64,000 nt of DNA, taken from positions 1-64,000 of IMG/VR virus record IMGVR_UViG_3300014204_000013. One strand, 5' to 3'. Of the stretch, positions 18,575 to 28,616 are shown one piece after another. This DNA is from a virus. Lineage: Duplodnaviria > Caudoviricetes. The notes beneath the pieces were generated by a model that was not told the origin of the DNA, made no database searches, and worked only from the letters and a program-made list of their open reading frames with translations. Both the position numbers and the translations under genes were made by a program. Each line of letters opens with the position of its first letter. Position 1 is the first letter of the stretch.

Positions 18575-18853
18575 TTACTTACCACCGATAGTTACAATTT
18601 TCAATTTTCTCATTCGCTCCCAAGCAGGAGCGGGGTCGTATCCAAATCTGGCTTTCCATTGTTTAGCAGTCCAGCGTTGAGATGCTCCGTCCACATACAT
18701 TGGTTCGGATCCAACCTCAGTAATACACCCAGTCACTATACGCTTTATAGCTTCCGGTGTTTTGCAGAAACTTGCGAAGTCTGCATCACTCAAACCGGCA
18801 CCAAAATTGGTGCATTCACATTCTTCATTTGTGGGAACCTTTTTAAATTCCAT
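18575..18853 (-). CDS. Hypothetical protein
   Basis: 92-aa ORF, GAGGT RBS. Confidence 0.6.
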   Translation of the reverse strand: MEFKKVPTNEECECTNFGAGLSDADFASFCKTPEAIKRIVTGCITEVGSEPMYVDGASQRWTAKQWKARFGYDPAPAWERMRKLKIVTIGGK

Positions 18854-18855
18854 GT

Positions 18856-19380
18856 TTACACCTCAGAGGTTTTGTTTATGTTGATTACGGTTTCATTTCC
18901 GTGTGGAGTTCCATCGGTGACATTGGTATCCATAGGATTGGGTGTATTTTGTGCGCGAGTGCTGCTTGCATTTATTACCCAGGATCCTATACCTTCGAGT
19001 TCGCCACTTGGGAATCCGGTTACTAGAACACCCATGCTTGAATTTTCGTAGGATTTGGTTTTGATAGATCCAATGCCGTTTCCTATTACTGTAGTGCTGG
19101 TTGCATCGGACTCTGTAATGATCGATCCTGTAAAGTCATTTAATCTAACTGCATAATCTTTTGCTCTAAATGAGTATCGTGCGGTTCCATCTGATATATT
19201 TAAACCAGAAGATAGTCCTCCGGCATATCTTTCTGCTCCGTAGTCCATAGTACCCTGGCCGATAGCTCTCATGGAAATCGGGCCATCTTGCCAGGCGTTG
19301 ATAGTTCCAGTTATTTGAAAACTTTCTGATAGACCGTTTGCAAGTCCTATCAATATGAATAGGATTATCCAATATTTCAT
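18856..19380 (-). CDS. Secreted beta-rich protein
   Basis: Signal peptide MKYWIILFILIGLANG; T/N/G-rich body. Confidence 0.7.
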   Translation of the reverse strand: MKYWIILFILIGLANGLSESFQITGTINAWQDGPISMRAIGQGTMDYGAERYAGGLSSGLNISDGTARYSFRAKDYAVRLNDFTGSIITESDATSTTVIGNGIGSIKTKSYENSSMGVLVTGFPSGELEGIGSWVINASSTRAQNTPNPMDTNVTDGTPHGNETVININKTSEV

Positions 19381-19411
19381 ATGTATTTGGATGATCTCAT
19401 TGGATATTAAG

Positions 19412-21073
19412 TTATTTGGCTAATTGTTCAGCAGTTGTACGATCATACCCTTCTAGCATGAATTGTTTAATTGTGTTTTCTTTATCAGATTTTGTAGTAT
19501 CTTTTGCTATTTTTACATCTATAGTTGCGTTTTCTGATAATTTTCCAGGAATTGAGGTATAAGCTATAAGTTGCGGTTGACTTCCAGTTTCTGGTTTTTT
19601 CAAAATTGCCTGTCCATATACACCAGATACATCTTTAAATGATTCTGGTGATATTAATATAATATCTTCTACTGGCAATCCTAAAATAGATTTAATAGGA
19701 TCCCCACTACCCAGCATTCCAATCAATACGGGTGCTTTCCTTTTTCCTGTTGCCTGTGGTTCTATTAAAGCATACATTGAAAACAAATTACCAGAGATAT
19801 CCTTTTTTTCTCCTGTCTTTATTGCAAGTATGGCATGACCTGTTGCTTTTTTATTTTTGGATAGATCTGAATCGGTAATTGCAATATATACGTTTTGTAT
19901 TCCTGCTTTTTTTAATGCTTTTGCAGATTCTATAGAAAATTGTTCACATTGGAATGAAGTTCCGAGTCCGGATAATTCTTCGGATTCAGCATATTTATAT
20001 TTATTATTAACTATTACTTTATTTTGATTTGAATTTAACCACCTAAGAGCCGCATTTACTTCGGTTAATCCAGTCTGATCCCCTTCAATAGTTATTGCTG
20101 TGTTTTCATCATATCCTTCACGTAAATAAGTAGCTGTGTTACCCGATTGTAATGGATCTATTGGTCTATTTATATATGAATCTGGTGGGTATGATATTTG
20201 TATTTTTTTAAATGGTCTATCAATTAGTGTACCCTGGTTATAATTATTAGATTTTATTTCCCAACCCCATTTATCTATATTGAATTCCATAGGGCTTACG
20301 CTCATTATCTTCATCGTCTTCGTCTTAGGTTTAACCGTGTACGTATTCAATTTCAGTGGGTTTTCCTGGAACTGCGTAATGCTTTCTTTGGCCTTTTGGA
20401 CGGAGATTTTCATGTCTAAGGAAGGTTCGATTTTAGGAGAGGTTATTTTAAATGTGGACTGTGGAACGGGTTTCGTTAGCTGGGATTTGAGAGATGGGTT
20501 GATTTGGTATTTGGTGTTGGAGACTTTGAAAGTGGGGGAGGGATTAGATATAAAGGCAGATTTGGAGGATGTTGCTTTAAAATTTATAGTTTTAGTTGGG
20601 GTATTGGCTGGAAGTATCCCGGTTTCTTTTTTCATGAGATTGGAAATACTACTGAATTTTTTAGTGTTAGATATTGTTTGGTCCATTATTCCAATTGCTG
20701 ATTTTAAAGGTATTGTGTCTGATTTGCCTTTTATGGATTGAAGAGTGTTGAAATATTGTTGCTGAGTATAATTTAGACCATGTTTGGCGGCTGTTGCTGC
20801 CTGGGCTACACGAAAGATACTGACGTTGCCGGAGGGGATGACAGGGTTTAGGCCTGTTTTTGGAGTGATGGTTGTGCGGGCATTTTGTTTGGCGACTGCA
20901 GAAACTATGGTTGGATTTGGTGTAACTGTTATGGGTTTTGATTGGAATGAGAGAGATACGCCGGCTACGTTGAGAGTGGGCGTTGTCTTTGCAATTGGTT
21001 TTAATCCAGGATTACGAGCGATAAGCTGGGAGACTGAAGTTGGAGATGATTTGTTATTTAATTGAATAACCAT
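19412..21073 (-). CDS. Low-complexity N-terminal region (RNPGLKP motif) fused to a transglutaminase-like cysteine hydrolase
   Basis: MVIQL..ARNPGLKP..KQNARTTITPK; C-terminal FQCEQFS...LKKAGI...GHAILAI...IEPQ. Confidence 0.65.
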   Translation of the reverse strand: MVIQLNNKSSPTSVSQLIARNPGLKPIAKTTPTLNVAGVSLSFQSKPITVTPNPTIVSAVAKQNARTTITPKTGLNPVIPSGNVSIFRVAQAATAAKHGLNYTQQQYFNTLQSIKGKSDTIPLKSAIGIMDQTISNTKKFSSISNLMKKETGILPANTPTKTINFKATSSKSAFISNPSPTFKVSNTKYQINPSLKSQLTKPVPQSTFKITSPKIEPSLDMKISVQKAKESITQFQENPLKLNTYTVKPKTKTMKIMSVSPMEFNIDKWGWEIKSNNYNQGTLIDRPFKKIQISYPPDSYINRPIDPLQSGNTATYLREGYDENTAITIEGDQTGLTEVNAALRWLNSNQNKVIVNNKYKYAESEELSGLGTSFQCEQFSIESAKALKKAGIQNVYIAITDSDLSKNKKATGHAILAIKTGEKKDISGNLFSMYALIEPQATGKRKAPVLIGMLGSGDPIKSILGLPVEDIILISPESFKDVSGVYGQAILKKPETGSQPQLIAYTSIPGKLSENATIDVKIAKDTTKSDKENTIKQFMLEGYDRTTAEQLAK

Positions 21074-21105
21074 AATAAATGGTTAATTTACAAGAATAAA
21101 AAGAT

Positions 21106-24100
21106 TTAGGTAAATAAAGTCTGTTGCCTAGATTTCAACTGTAGATCCATCTCACTGATTCCAAAACATGAAAATATCCTGGTTAGTGGAGGAATAAGTT
21201 GTTTTTGGAGGTAATATTCGGTATCTATGGGTAGGTTGTGCTCCAATACATATTCTGGATCTTCGGCGCGGCTGGTCATAAGTTGCTTTCGCTTTCCGCT
21301 TTTCGGGCCGCTTTTGATGATGATGAAGGGTATTCTGTCACCTAGCACATACTTATGAATACCGCGAGCATCTAGTTTTTTCATCAGTTCTGCATGGGGT
21401 TGTACCTGGTTATAGTTTTCTGGGTTACGGGTTAGTGTTCTGGAAAGTATTAAATCTTTTAGGATTGTGTGATTGGATGATTTTACATTTTGTAGAGCTG
21501 TCCTGGCATGATTCAATGCCAGGTCTACGTTACCTTCTATGAGAATTAGTTCCAGGCATTTAGTTAAAGTCATAGCGGTTAGGTTGCACCAATCGCGACG
21601 TACTGTTTCAATTCCTTTTGCCTTTATGATTCCTTTATCGGCGGTTTCAAATCGATACATCGCATAATGCTTTTTCGCTACGATGAGAAGTCTTTTTGCA
21701 AACGCTTCGAAGACGAGTTCCATGGGGGCTGGGAGGCCTGCAGTTGCAATTGTAGCAATTTCTTTACCAATGCTTTTGGCGATGTTAAAATCAACTCCAC
21801 CTTTAATGGATATAAAAATAGAATCGGTATTGTGTAATAATATTTGACCCATACTATCTACAAATGTATGTGCATCTTCCACTGATAAATCATATACATA
21901 ACAATTTGACGAGCATTCTGTTATATTGGTATGTGTTGCCATTTTGGATTTTCCACTCCATTCTCTGATTGTATATTCATGCTTATCTTCTCTAAATTTT
22001 GTCCTGTATTTTACATTTAATATTGATAATAGTGTAGATATTCCACTAGCTAATCTGGTTGATGTGGTTGAATATTCAAAATGTCCACTGATATTAATAT
22101 ATCCATCGCCTCTTACTAATTCATTGAACAATATCAGTTGATCTTTTGACTCCATATTAAATATAAAATCTGGTAGTTTTTTATTTTTAGATTCATGCCC
22201 ACATAATGCATTAAAAAAATGAGCACTTGCCATATTCATCATTTGCAACTTACGAGTTTCATCTTTATATGGATTTCCACCATTGATAGATCTAATTTTC
22301 TTTTGAGATTCGATTACACACGTTTTTACATTATTTATAAACATGTGGTAGATATTTTCCATTTCAAGTAACCAATTTACATCAGTGTCGCATATGGCAG
22401 ATCCTATTTTAGATCCAAAAGATGCACTACCTTCTGTAATATATCCACATAACAGAATTCCCAGTTTAAGCAATTCATCCTGATTATAAAATCGTTGAAT
22501 TGATATTTTGGTATTTTGTCCACCACCCAGTTTTATAGTGTTTTCATGCTTTACGAAATATCGATTCATGAATTTGTAATCTTTAACATATTCCCATAAA
22601 TCTATTTGTGTAATATGTTTATCGGATTTTGGTATATTGCATCTGTACATTTTAGTAAATTGCATTTCAGTTGGTTTGGTTTTGTTTAAATCGATATCCA
22701 TAAATGAATGATCTTCTGTTGTTACAGATTCACCGAATTTTTGATTTACCCGATATATTTTTTTAGTTGTAAAATGTCGCATAATAAAATTAATTGGCTT
22801 CCATCCCAAATGCGTTAAAGCGTTCATTTCTGAAACTATAGCATATTCTTTACCGTTATGTATTTCGATATCATCTGCGTTATTAAATAATTCTTCTACA
22901 GGGATTACTTTTATAATCTCATTTTCTTGAATTGTAATACACCTATCACCCACAATGCTATCTCCAGATACTACTTCTAGTTCGTACTTCTTTTCTTCTA
23001 ATTCGAAGTTTGAATGTTCTTTCACGATACTTTTAGTTCTAAGTAGATTTTCTCTGCCATATGCTGTAACTGAGTTTGTGATGATGGGTGAGAATAGTCT
23101 GGCTCGGGTGTAGCCCGAGTAACCGTAAATTGAATTTAGTAGGATCTTCATGGCATATTGTTTGGCATCCAGGGCATCTTTCTCCTCGGGGGTAGCTGCA
23201 GTTTTCATTGCAGTCTTGGCTGCCAGGCGTTCGGCTAGCAGGGTTTTGAGAATGCGAGGGACTATGCCTATGTAAGTGGATTGGCTGACAAATTTTCCAC
23301 CGCATGGGGTAGTTATGATGTCTCCGGGGGGTTGCTCATCTCGGATTTCGGTGCTGTAGCAGAGATTGTAGGCCATCATGATGGTTGGGTATAGCGATTT
23401 GTAGTCAAGAATAACTACGTCCTCTGTAAGTCCTATTTTTGGATCAAGAACGATGGCACCTTTAATGGTTTCGGCTTCCGAAATGTCGTCATCTTCTAAG
23501 GCTTGTTTGGTTCCCATGACACGGTGTTCTTCTTTAAATGCTCTGGATATTCGGGCTTCAATCATATGAGATTGGCCGCCGTTGACAACCACTTGAAGAA
23601 ATGCACCACTAGCCTTGGAAAGTGCGAAGTATTTATTCATGAATCCTAATTGTTTAACTAGCATCATGACTAACGTTGAATCTCGTCGGGAATATGAGAT
23701 GAATTTATTGATACCCGAACCTTCCCAGAGAGCACGCATCTCTCCGGGTTTTACATCAAGTTTTTCACTATGCAGGATTTCTTTTGCTACATTTTTTAGG
23801 CTGTAGGATTTTAGGCGATATTTGTCCATGGCTTTGATGGCCGGCAGGGTATCCAAGACAATTCTACCTCGAATGGATACTTTGTATTTGCCCATGAAAC
23901 TGGTACACCAGGCTGGTTTGCCATCCCGAGACATTCTTAGCTTAACTTCTAAGATTTTGGCTCTATCGGTTATATATGGTATATCGAATCCAACTATGTT
24001 ATGGCCTGCAACTATGTCAGGATCAAACTCATTTATGATGAAATCTAATTTTTTTAACATATCCTTTTCATTGTCGGAGCAGATCACATCAGGTCGTGGG

Positions 24101-24732
24101 CAATCGATATCTTTTGCAACCATTACAACGTTGTTTTGACCTCGCCATTGAGGGTCAAATTCCAAGCTGATTAAGACTATGGAGTTTACGTCTGCAGTTG
24201 GGAATGAACCATCGTCTTTTGGGAGAGTTTCTATATCGATGGCCATTGTTTTTAACGGGGCATTCTTTTTTTCATCTACGGAAATTATGTCTTCGTGTGA
24301 GATGGTTGGAGAGTCGGGAGTTATCACCCAGCCTGCCCCGCTTATCCCGTGATCTATGGCGAATCGATCTGCGAAAAGTACGTCACTTTCGTAAGTTGTG
24401 TAACCATCGGAGGTGCAAAAGTCGTTTAAGAGCTTTGTATCCTTTGGATTTTTGACCGTTACTTTGAGCATATTCCTGGGTTTCGACTGGAAACCAAGGG
24501 GTCTAAATCTTTTGACATCTTGGAAACGCATCTCGATTCCAATTGAATCTCCTAATGCAGATAAATATTTCTCAGCCTGGGTTGGTGATGGGTGGTCTAT
24601 GTAGAAATAAGGTAAAAAGCCAGTAACTCGTTTTGTGATAGATGTGCCGTTTTCTGTTATGCCAAAAAGTACAATTACGGGAAATCCGTTAAAATCGTAA
24701 TTGTAAGTGGCATCGAGGATCTGGAATTTCAT
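21106..24732 (-). CDS. polB: Family B DNA polymerase (RNA-primed archaeal type) containing an intein
   Basis: DIET, GHNIVGFDIPY, DYKSLYPTIM, KILLNSIYGY, GD|TDS, KKHYA, KGIETVRRD; MKFQILDA start typical of Methanosarcinales PolB. Confidence 0.95.
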   Translation of the reverse strand: MKFQILDATYNYDFNGFPVIVLFGITENGTSITKRVTGFLPYFYIDHPSPTQAEKYLSALGDSIGIEMRFQDVKRFRPLGFQSKPRNMLKVTVKNPKDTKLLNDFCTSDGYTTYESDVLFADRFAIDHGISGAGWVITPDSPTISHEDIISVDEKKNAPLKTMAIDIETLPKDDGSFPTADVNSIVLISLEFDPQWRGQNNVVMVAKDIDCPRPDVICSDNEKDMLKKLDFIINEFDPDIVAGHNIVGFDIPYITDRAKILEVKLRMSRDGKPAWCTSFMGKYKVSIRGRIVLDTLPAIKAMDKYRLKSYSLKNVAKEILHSEKLDVKPGEMRALWEGSGINKFISYSRRDSTLVMMLVKQLGFMNKYFALSKASGAFLQVVVNGGQSHMIEARISRAFKEEHRVMGTKQALEDDDISEAETIKGAIVLDPKIGLTEDVVILDYKSLYPTIMMAYNLCYSTEIRDEQPPGDIITTPCGGKFVSQSTYIGIVPRILKTLLAERLAAKTAMKTAATPEEKDALDAKQYAMKILLNSIYGYSGYTRARLFSPIITNSVTAYGRENLLRTKSIVKEHSNFELEEKKYELEVVSGDSIVGDRCITIQENEIIKVIPVEELFNNADDIEIHNGKEYAIVSEMNALTHLGWKPINFIMRHFTTKKIYRVNQKFGESVTTEDHSFMDIDLNKTKPTEMQFTKMYRCNIPKSDKHITQIDLWEYVKDYKFMNRYFVKHENTIKLGGGQNTKISIQRFYNQDELLKLGILLCGYITEGSASFGSKIGSAICDTDVNWLLEMENIYHMFINNVKTCVIESQKKIRSINGGNPYKDETRKLQMMNMASAHFFNALCGHESKNKKLPDFIFNMESKDQLILFNELVRGDGYINISGHFEYSTTSTRLASGISTLLSILNVKYRTKFREDKHEYTIREWSGKSKMATHTNITECSSNCYVYDLSVEDAHTFVDSMGQILLHNTDSIFISIKGGVDFNIAKSIGKEIATIATAGLPAPMELVFEAFAKRLLIVAKKHYAMYRFETADKGIIKAKGIETVRRDWCNLTAMTLTKCLELILIEGNVDLALNHARTALQNVKSSNHTILKDLILSRTLTRNPENYNQVQPHAELMKKLDARGIHKYVLGDRIPFIIIKSGPKSGKRKQLMTSRAEDPEYVLEHNLPIDTEYYLQKQLIPPLTRIFSCFGISEMDLQLKSRQQTLFT
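21829..22959 (-). mobile_element. Intein (377 aa) at PolB motif C (Pol-c site) with LAGLIDADG-type endonuclease
   Basis: SIVGDRC...ILLHN between GD and TDS; LCGYITEG and ELVRGDG blocks. Confidence 0.9.
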
Positions 24733-25163
24733 AATTTGGCAAGCCTCTCAAATGCTTCTTTATTTCGGCTCATACTTTCTAAAACGTGTTTTTGCATGGG
24801 GGATGGGAGTGAACTTAAAGGATCACCCATTAAGATTTTAAAGACAATAAATTCACCATATTTGGAATTGTATTTATCAATTTCATTCCAAGTTTTAGTG
24901 TCAGATAATGGTACTGGGATCATTTCTTTCATAACTTCTTTCGGAACATCATAAACATGACGGGTTAAGATTACATCGGTAATGATACCCCACAATGCCC
25001 CTTTAACAGCGTACCCTCTTCTCAATTCTACCTTTCTTCCAACCCATATGGTTTTAGTGTTGAACCCTGGGCGTACTCCTCGAATCTCCCATTTCTTAGC
25101 TCCTGATAAAAAAAGGTCATACCATTGCTTGTTTAATGGTACAAAAAGTCGATCTTTACTCAT
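24729..25163 (-). CDS. ASCH/PUA-domain protein with an antitoxin-like C-terminal helix
   Basis: LNKQWYDLFLSGAKKWEIR...VGRKVELRRGY; ends MSRNKEAFERLAKL. Confidence 0.7.
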   Translation of the reverse strand: MSKDRLFVPLNKQWYDLFLSGAKKWEIRGVRPGFNTKTIWVGRKVELRRGYAVKGALWGIITDVILTRHVYDVPKEVMKEMIPVPLSDTKTWNEIDKYNSKYGEFIVFKILMGDPLSSLPSPMQKHVLESMSRNKEAFERLAKL

Positions 25164-25551
25164 ATTCCTCCGAAAATACTATTCTGGTTATCTTGGCGTT
25201 TTTTAGCAGTTTTTGACACATCACACATGGGCTGTGAGTACAGTAAAGGGTTGCTCCCTCGATAGATACGCCATGTAAAGCCGCTTGGATTATCGCATTT
25301 GCTTCAGCATGGACTGCCCGACATCGCTCAAATCCGGTCGCGTGTTCTGGTTTAGAGCAACCAACATCAATGCAGTGTTCCTCACCTGTAGGAGCACCAT
25401 TATATCCTGCAGATATGACATGACCATTTTTTACAAACATGGCACCTACATGCCGGTGGGTGCAAGTTGACCTGGCTGCTACTACTTTTACCATTTCTAA
25501 GTAGTAGGTGTCTATGTCGGGTCTGGTGTCGATTAAGGTTTGGGTTTTCAT
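25156..25551 (-). CDS. dCMP deaminase
   Basis: RSTC..RHVGA, GYNGAP, VHAEANAI, LYCTHSPCVMC. Confidence 0.92.
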   Translation of the reverse strand: MKTQTLIDTRPDIDTYYLEMVKVVAARSTCTHRHVGAMFVKNGHVISAGYNGAPTGEEHCIDVGCSKPEHATGFERCRAVHAEANAIIQAALHGVSIEGATLYCTHSPCVMCQKLLKNAKITRIVFSEEYE

Positions 25552-25553
25552 GG

Positions 25554-26078
25554 TTACATCTCCGGAAAGTTTAGATGGGCGTATTTTCCATGGTATATTT
25601 TCTTAGCCGCATCTACGATGTGGGCAGCGTCATCTTCATTAGCAAATAGACCTAAGTAAATTGGTTTTCCGTTTTTTCGTATTTGGGCGAACCATTTAGA
25701 TCGATCTTTGTTCCAAGTTACTCCTTGATATTGACTCGACGTATGTGTGCCTTGTTTTCGACTATTCATGATATTTTGAGAATGTGTTGTAATTCTCAAA
25801 TTATCAAGTGTGTTTTTTAGGCCATCGTGGTTGATGTGATCTATTTCCTCAGTTCTCAGCAGTGGCCTACCCAGTTTGGTTTCCATAATAACGCGATGCA
25901 TACGAATGATCATACGTGTATTTTTTATAGATATCATACGTGCTGCATAATATCGATAATTTGATGCACGCCCTTCTTTTTTAGCATACCATTTATACTG
26001 ATTTAGATATTCAAACTCGTCGTCTATTTGAGTTACCAGTCCAGAGGTTAATGAAAGTTCAATCATCTTTTTCCCCAA
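25554..26078 (-). CDS. HNH endonuclease with AP2 domain, paralog of 13286..13813
   Basis: MHRVIM..IDHINHDGLKNTLDNLR; SSQYQGVTW..KWFAQI..YLGLF. Confidence 0.85.
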   Translation of the reverse strand: MGKKMIELSLTSGLVTQIDDEFEYLNQYKWYAKKEGRASNYRYYAARMISIKNTRMIIRMHRVIMETKLGRPLLRTEEIDHINHDGLKNTLDNLRITTHSQNIMNSRKQGTHTSSQYQGVTWNKDRSKWFAQIRKNGKPIYLGLFANEDDAAHIVDAAKKIYHGKYAHLNFPEM

Positions 26079-26374
26079 CCACGAGCTTCAAAATCTTGGA
26101 AGCGTTCAAATGTATGTTGAATACCTAGTCGTAAGATATCTGCTGGCAGTACACCCAGATCGTAGCATAGTAACTCAATTTGTACAAGCGCATCTCCCAG
26201 CTCCAAAATTGCATTTGCTTTCAAAGCCGAAGTTTCTGCAGTGAAGATGCGAGCCTGCAGCAGCCCGTAAGCTACCAGGGCAAGTTCCTTGTTTAAAATG
26301 ATGATTCGATCCTGTGGTGTTTTTTGATCTTTCTCCAAAAGATGAAGGGTCCTGGTTGTGCGTTCGAACATCAC
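26063..26374 (-). CDS. MazG-like nucleotide pyrophosphohydrolase (degenerate)
   Basis: KEL..V...ELGDALVQIELLCYDLG. Confidence 0.55.
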   Translation of the reverse strand: MMFERTTRTLHLLEKDQKTPQDRIIILNKELALVAYGLLQARIFTAETSALKANAILELGDALVQIELLCYDLGVLPADILRLGIQHTFERFQDFEARGWGKR

Positions 26375-27089
26375 ACGCCCAAAAGAATGATTTTTTTATC
26401 AATGCTCTCACTGCATCGTAATCACGTTTATAGACATGTAGTGAATCATTTTTATCCACAATTCTGACGATTATGCAGTCGTTGGGGTCTATTACTTCGC
26501 GATAAAGCATGTCAATCAGTGCTATCAAATTGGATTGCCAGGCACCCCAGGCATCGCGAGATCTCCAATCAAAATGAACAGAAACCTTTCCATCACCTTC
26601 ATGACGAATCCTTATACGCTGCAGACAGGGACTTGCGACGTTGCCCATATCTGCTTCTGGCTCCCAGGTGATAGCCTGACTACGGTTTGATGAAATTCCG
26701 GTGCCTATTTGAACGGCTAGATCGTCTCTCATTGCTTGGAGCTGGTTGATGAATCCGTTGTACCTGGCAAGCCTATCGAAGTACATGTATGCGAATTTGG
26801 CATCTTCGGGTTTTAGATCATATTCTTTTAGATATGACCAGGTAAATTCGTTGCAGTACTGTTTTACCAGTTTGAATGGATTATCGGGATGAATGCTCTT
26901 TTTTTCGATTTGTTGGATAGCATCTCCTTCTAGTATGATAGTTTGAACGGTATCTTTTGCTGGTTTTGGGTTGAATTTGTCTCCGAATACAATTTCTTTA
27001 CCGAGACTGCAATTACGTAGTAGTTGAAGCCAGGCCTGGTTGAAGTTTAAAGATCGAACTTCATGGATGGGTGGTAATATCGTTTCCAT
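26175..27089 (-). CDS. thyA: Thymidylate synthase, archaeal ThyA type
   Basis: F.Y.Y..RL, INQL, SNRSQAITW, SPCLQRI, WRSRDAWGAWQSN, SLHVY. The last ~70 codons overlap the MazG ORF. Confidence 0.88.
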   Translation of the reverse strand: METILPPIHEVRSLNFNQAWLQLLRNCSLGKEIVFGDKFNPKPAKDTVQTIILEGDAIQQIEKKSIHPDNPFKLVKQYCNEFTWSYLKEYDLKPEDAKFAYMYFDRLARYNGFINQLQAMRDDLAVQIGTGISSNRSQAITWEPEADMGNVASPCLQRIRIRHEGDGKVSVHFDWRSRDAWGAWQSNLIALIDMLYREVIDPNDCIIVRIVDKNDSLHVYKRDYDAVRALIKKSFFWACDVRTHNQDPSSFGERSKNTTGSNHHFKQGTCPGSLRAAAGSHLHCRNFGFESKCNFGAGRCACTN

Positions 27090-27107
27090 GAAGAAGATAT
27101 TAGAGAG

Positions 27108-27135
27108 GGAACCTATTTAAAGGTTTTGATGGGTT
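27108..27135 (-). promoter_or_regulatory. Archaeal BRE/TATA promoter, identical 28-bp copy 1
   Basis: Minus strand AACCCATCAAAACCTTTAAATAGGTTCC; TATA box about 25 nt before the thyA ATG. Confidence 0.8.
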
Positions 27136-27188
27136 TGGCTTTATATGTAAAATTGGTTTTTCAAATACTAGTGTTGAATGTTATAAAC

Positions 27189-27345
27189 TCAATCAACTAC
27201 GCTTTCTAAGTCTGCAAAGAGTTCATCTATACTGGAAAACGTCTTGCATTGCCCGGTTTCCAATTCGTCTATAGCTGTAATTATCGTGTCTTTGGCCATA
27301 TTCAATAATTGATGATTTGATGTTTTTTTTTAAATTCATGGACAT
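27189..27345 (-). pseudogene. RelB/DinJ-like antitoxin C-terminal peptide with an A9 tract breaking the frame
   Basis: Leaderless ATG 27345 lies 24 nt from TTTATAT. MAKDTIITAIDELETGQCKTFSSIDELFADL (27189..27299) joins that ATG only if A9 (27323-27331) were A8. Confidence 0.45.
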
Positions 27346-27411
27346 GAAAGATAGTTAGCTTAATAAGATATAAAGGAATCGTTTAAGTAGTAGAACATCA
27401 TGTAATATTGT

Positions 27412-27684
27412 ATGGCATCGATATTGGAAACATTGGCTGCTAAAGGCATAAATACTGCGCTGGACTTGGCTTTTAGATCTTCTCCGGTTAGCTGCAAAGA
27501 TGTTGCTGCCGGAATGGGAATGGCTGGAGCTGCGTTGACTGATCTAAGTGGAAAGCTTGCAGATGGAAAAATAACGGAAGAGGAAATTCAGGATACTTTG
27601 GCTAAGGTTGGGGCTCTTGGAAATGATGGAGTAGGCCTGGCTGTGAAGGCTGCAGTTGGGAGATTGATAGAGCAGATTCTTTAG
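27412..27684 (+). CDS. Small Ala/Gly-rich amphipathic protein, possibly a virion membrane protein
   Basis: LADGKITEEEI motif with hydrophobic helices. Confidence 0.6.
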   Translation: MASILETLAAKGINTALDLAFRSSPVSCKDVAAGMGMAGAALTDLSGKLADGKITEEEIQDTLAKVGALGNDGVGLAVKAAVGRLIEQIL

Positions 27685-27878
27685 ACCTTTTTACTTTTTT
27701 TAACAGATTCTGCACATACTCTTGCGGCTTGGGAAAATTGTTTCTGCTTTTCAAATACCGTTAGTTTTGATTGAATTTGTACATATCCATTTTGTATTTT
27801 GGATGCGTTTTTAACAATAGGATAAGATTCAATACTTTTTAGCATGTTGTAAAATTTGATTATATCACTCATGACCAA
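27681..27878 (-). CDS. Small hypothetical protein
   Basis: 65-aa ORF coupled to the ERCC4 gene. Confidence 0.5.
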   Translation of the reverse strand: MVMSDIIKFYNMLKSIESYPIVKNASKIQNGYVQIQSKLTVFEKQKQFSQAARVCAESVKKSKKV

Positions 27879-28615
27879 ATCCCTTCTGCTTCAAATATTT
27901 TCTGTGCTGATTTCCCTAACCTGCGGTTGTTTATTTTGATTTCTTCAAGCTGGGTGAGATCTCCGGAGTCATGACAGTTTTGTGCAAATGCCATGAATTC
28001 GATTACTGATCCAAATTGTTTGATTATAGATTCGGCACGCTCCCATCCAACACCTGGTAAATTTGTCAAAACGTTAATGGCATGCATGTTTTTGTAAGGG
28101 TGGCATAAAAGGTTCAGTGGTGGTGAATCTGTGATGTCGTGGAGCATGTACTGGATGAGAGTGCGGTAGGCAAAAATTGGGTCCCGAGAAAGGAATAATG
28201 GGGTTACTCCGATTTCTTTTATGTCACCCAGGATTACGAGAAGCATTTCTTCGGCTTTCATGATTTGATCTTCAGTTTTTTCAACTGGGCCATCTTCAGT
28301 CATATAGACGGTAGGGATTGCATCGCGAACATCTTCCATACTGCCAAAAATGGCTAAGTAGGCGGTGTCACAGTTTACAGCCAGGTCCATACACTGCCGA
28401 CCTAACCTCCCCCTGGGTGGCAGGGATCCAAATAGGTCTTCTACGAGTTTTACTTCGGCACCTGCTTTTTTGTCGTTTCCTGTGAGTAGTATATCAAATG
28501 GTAGATTAGCTTCAGTTGGTGGAGATATGTACTTTTTATAATATATGGATGCGTCTTTTAGGAAATCTGGGCGCAGAGACTGTTTTTCGTTGGTGTCGTA
28601 CTGTAGGGTAAACAT
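27869..28615 (-). CDS. ERCC4/XPF (Hef/Mus81-like) nuclease with helix-hairpin-helix
   Basis: PFDILL...GAEVKLVEDLFGS...RLGRQ; LTNLPGVGWERAESIIKQFGS. Confidence 0.8.
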   Translation of the reverse strand: MFTLQYDTNEKQSLRPDFLKDASIYYKKYISPPTEANLPFDILLTGNDKKAGAEVKLVEDLFGSLPPRGRLGRQCMDLAVNCDTAYLAIFGSMEDVRDAIPTVYMTEDGPVEKTEDQIMKAEEMLLVILGDIKEIGVTPLFLSRDPIFAYRTLIQYMLHDITDSPPLNLLCHPYKNMHAINVLTNLPGVGWERAESIIKQFGSVIEFMAFAQNCHDSGDLTQLEEIKINNRRLGKSAQKIFEAEGIWS

Positions 28616-28616
28616 T

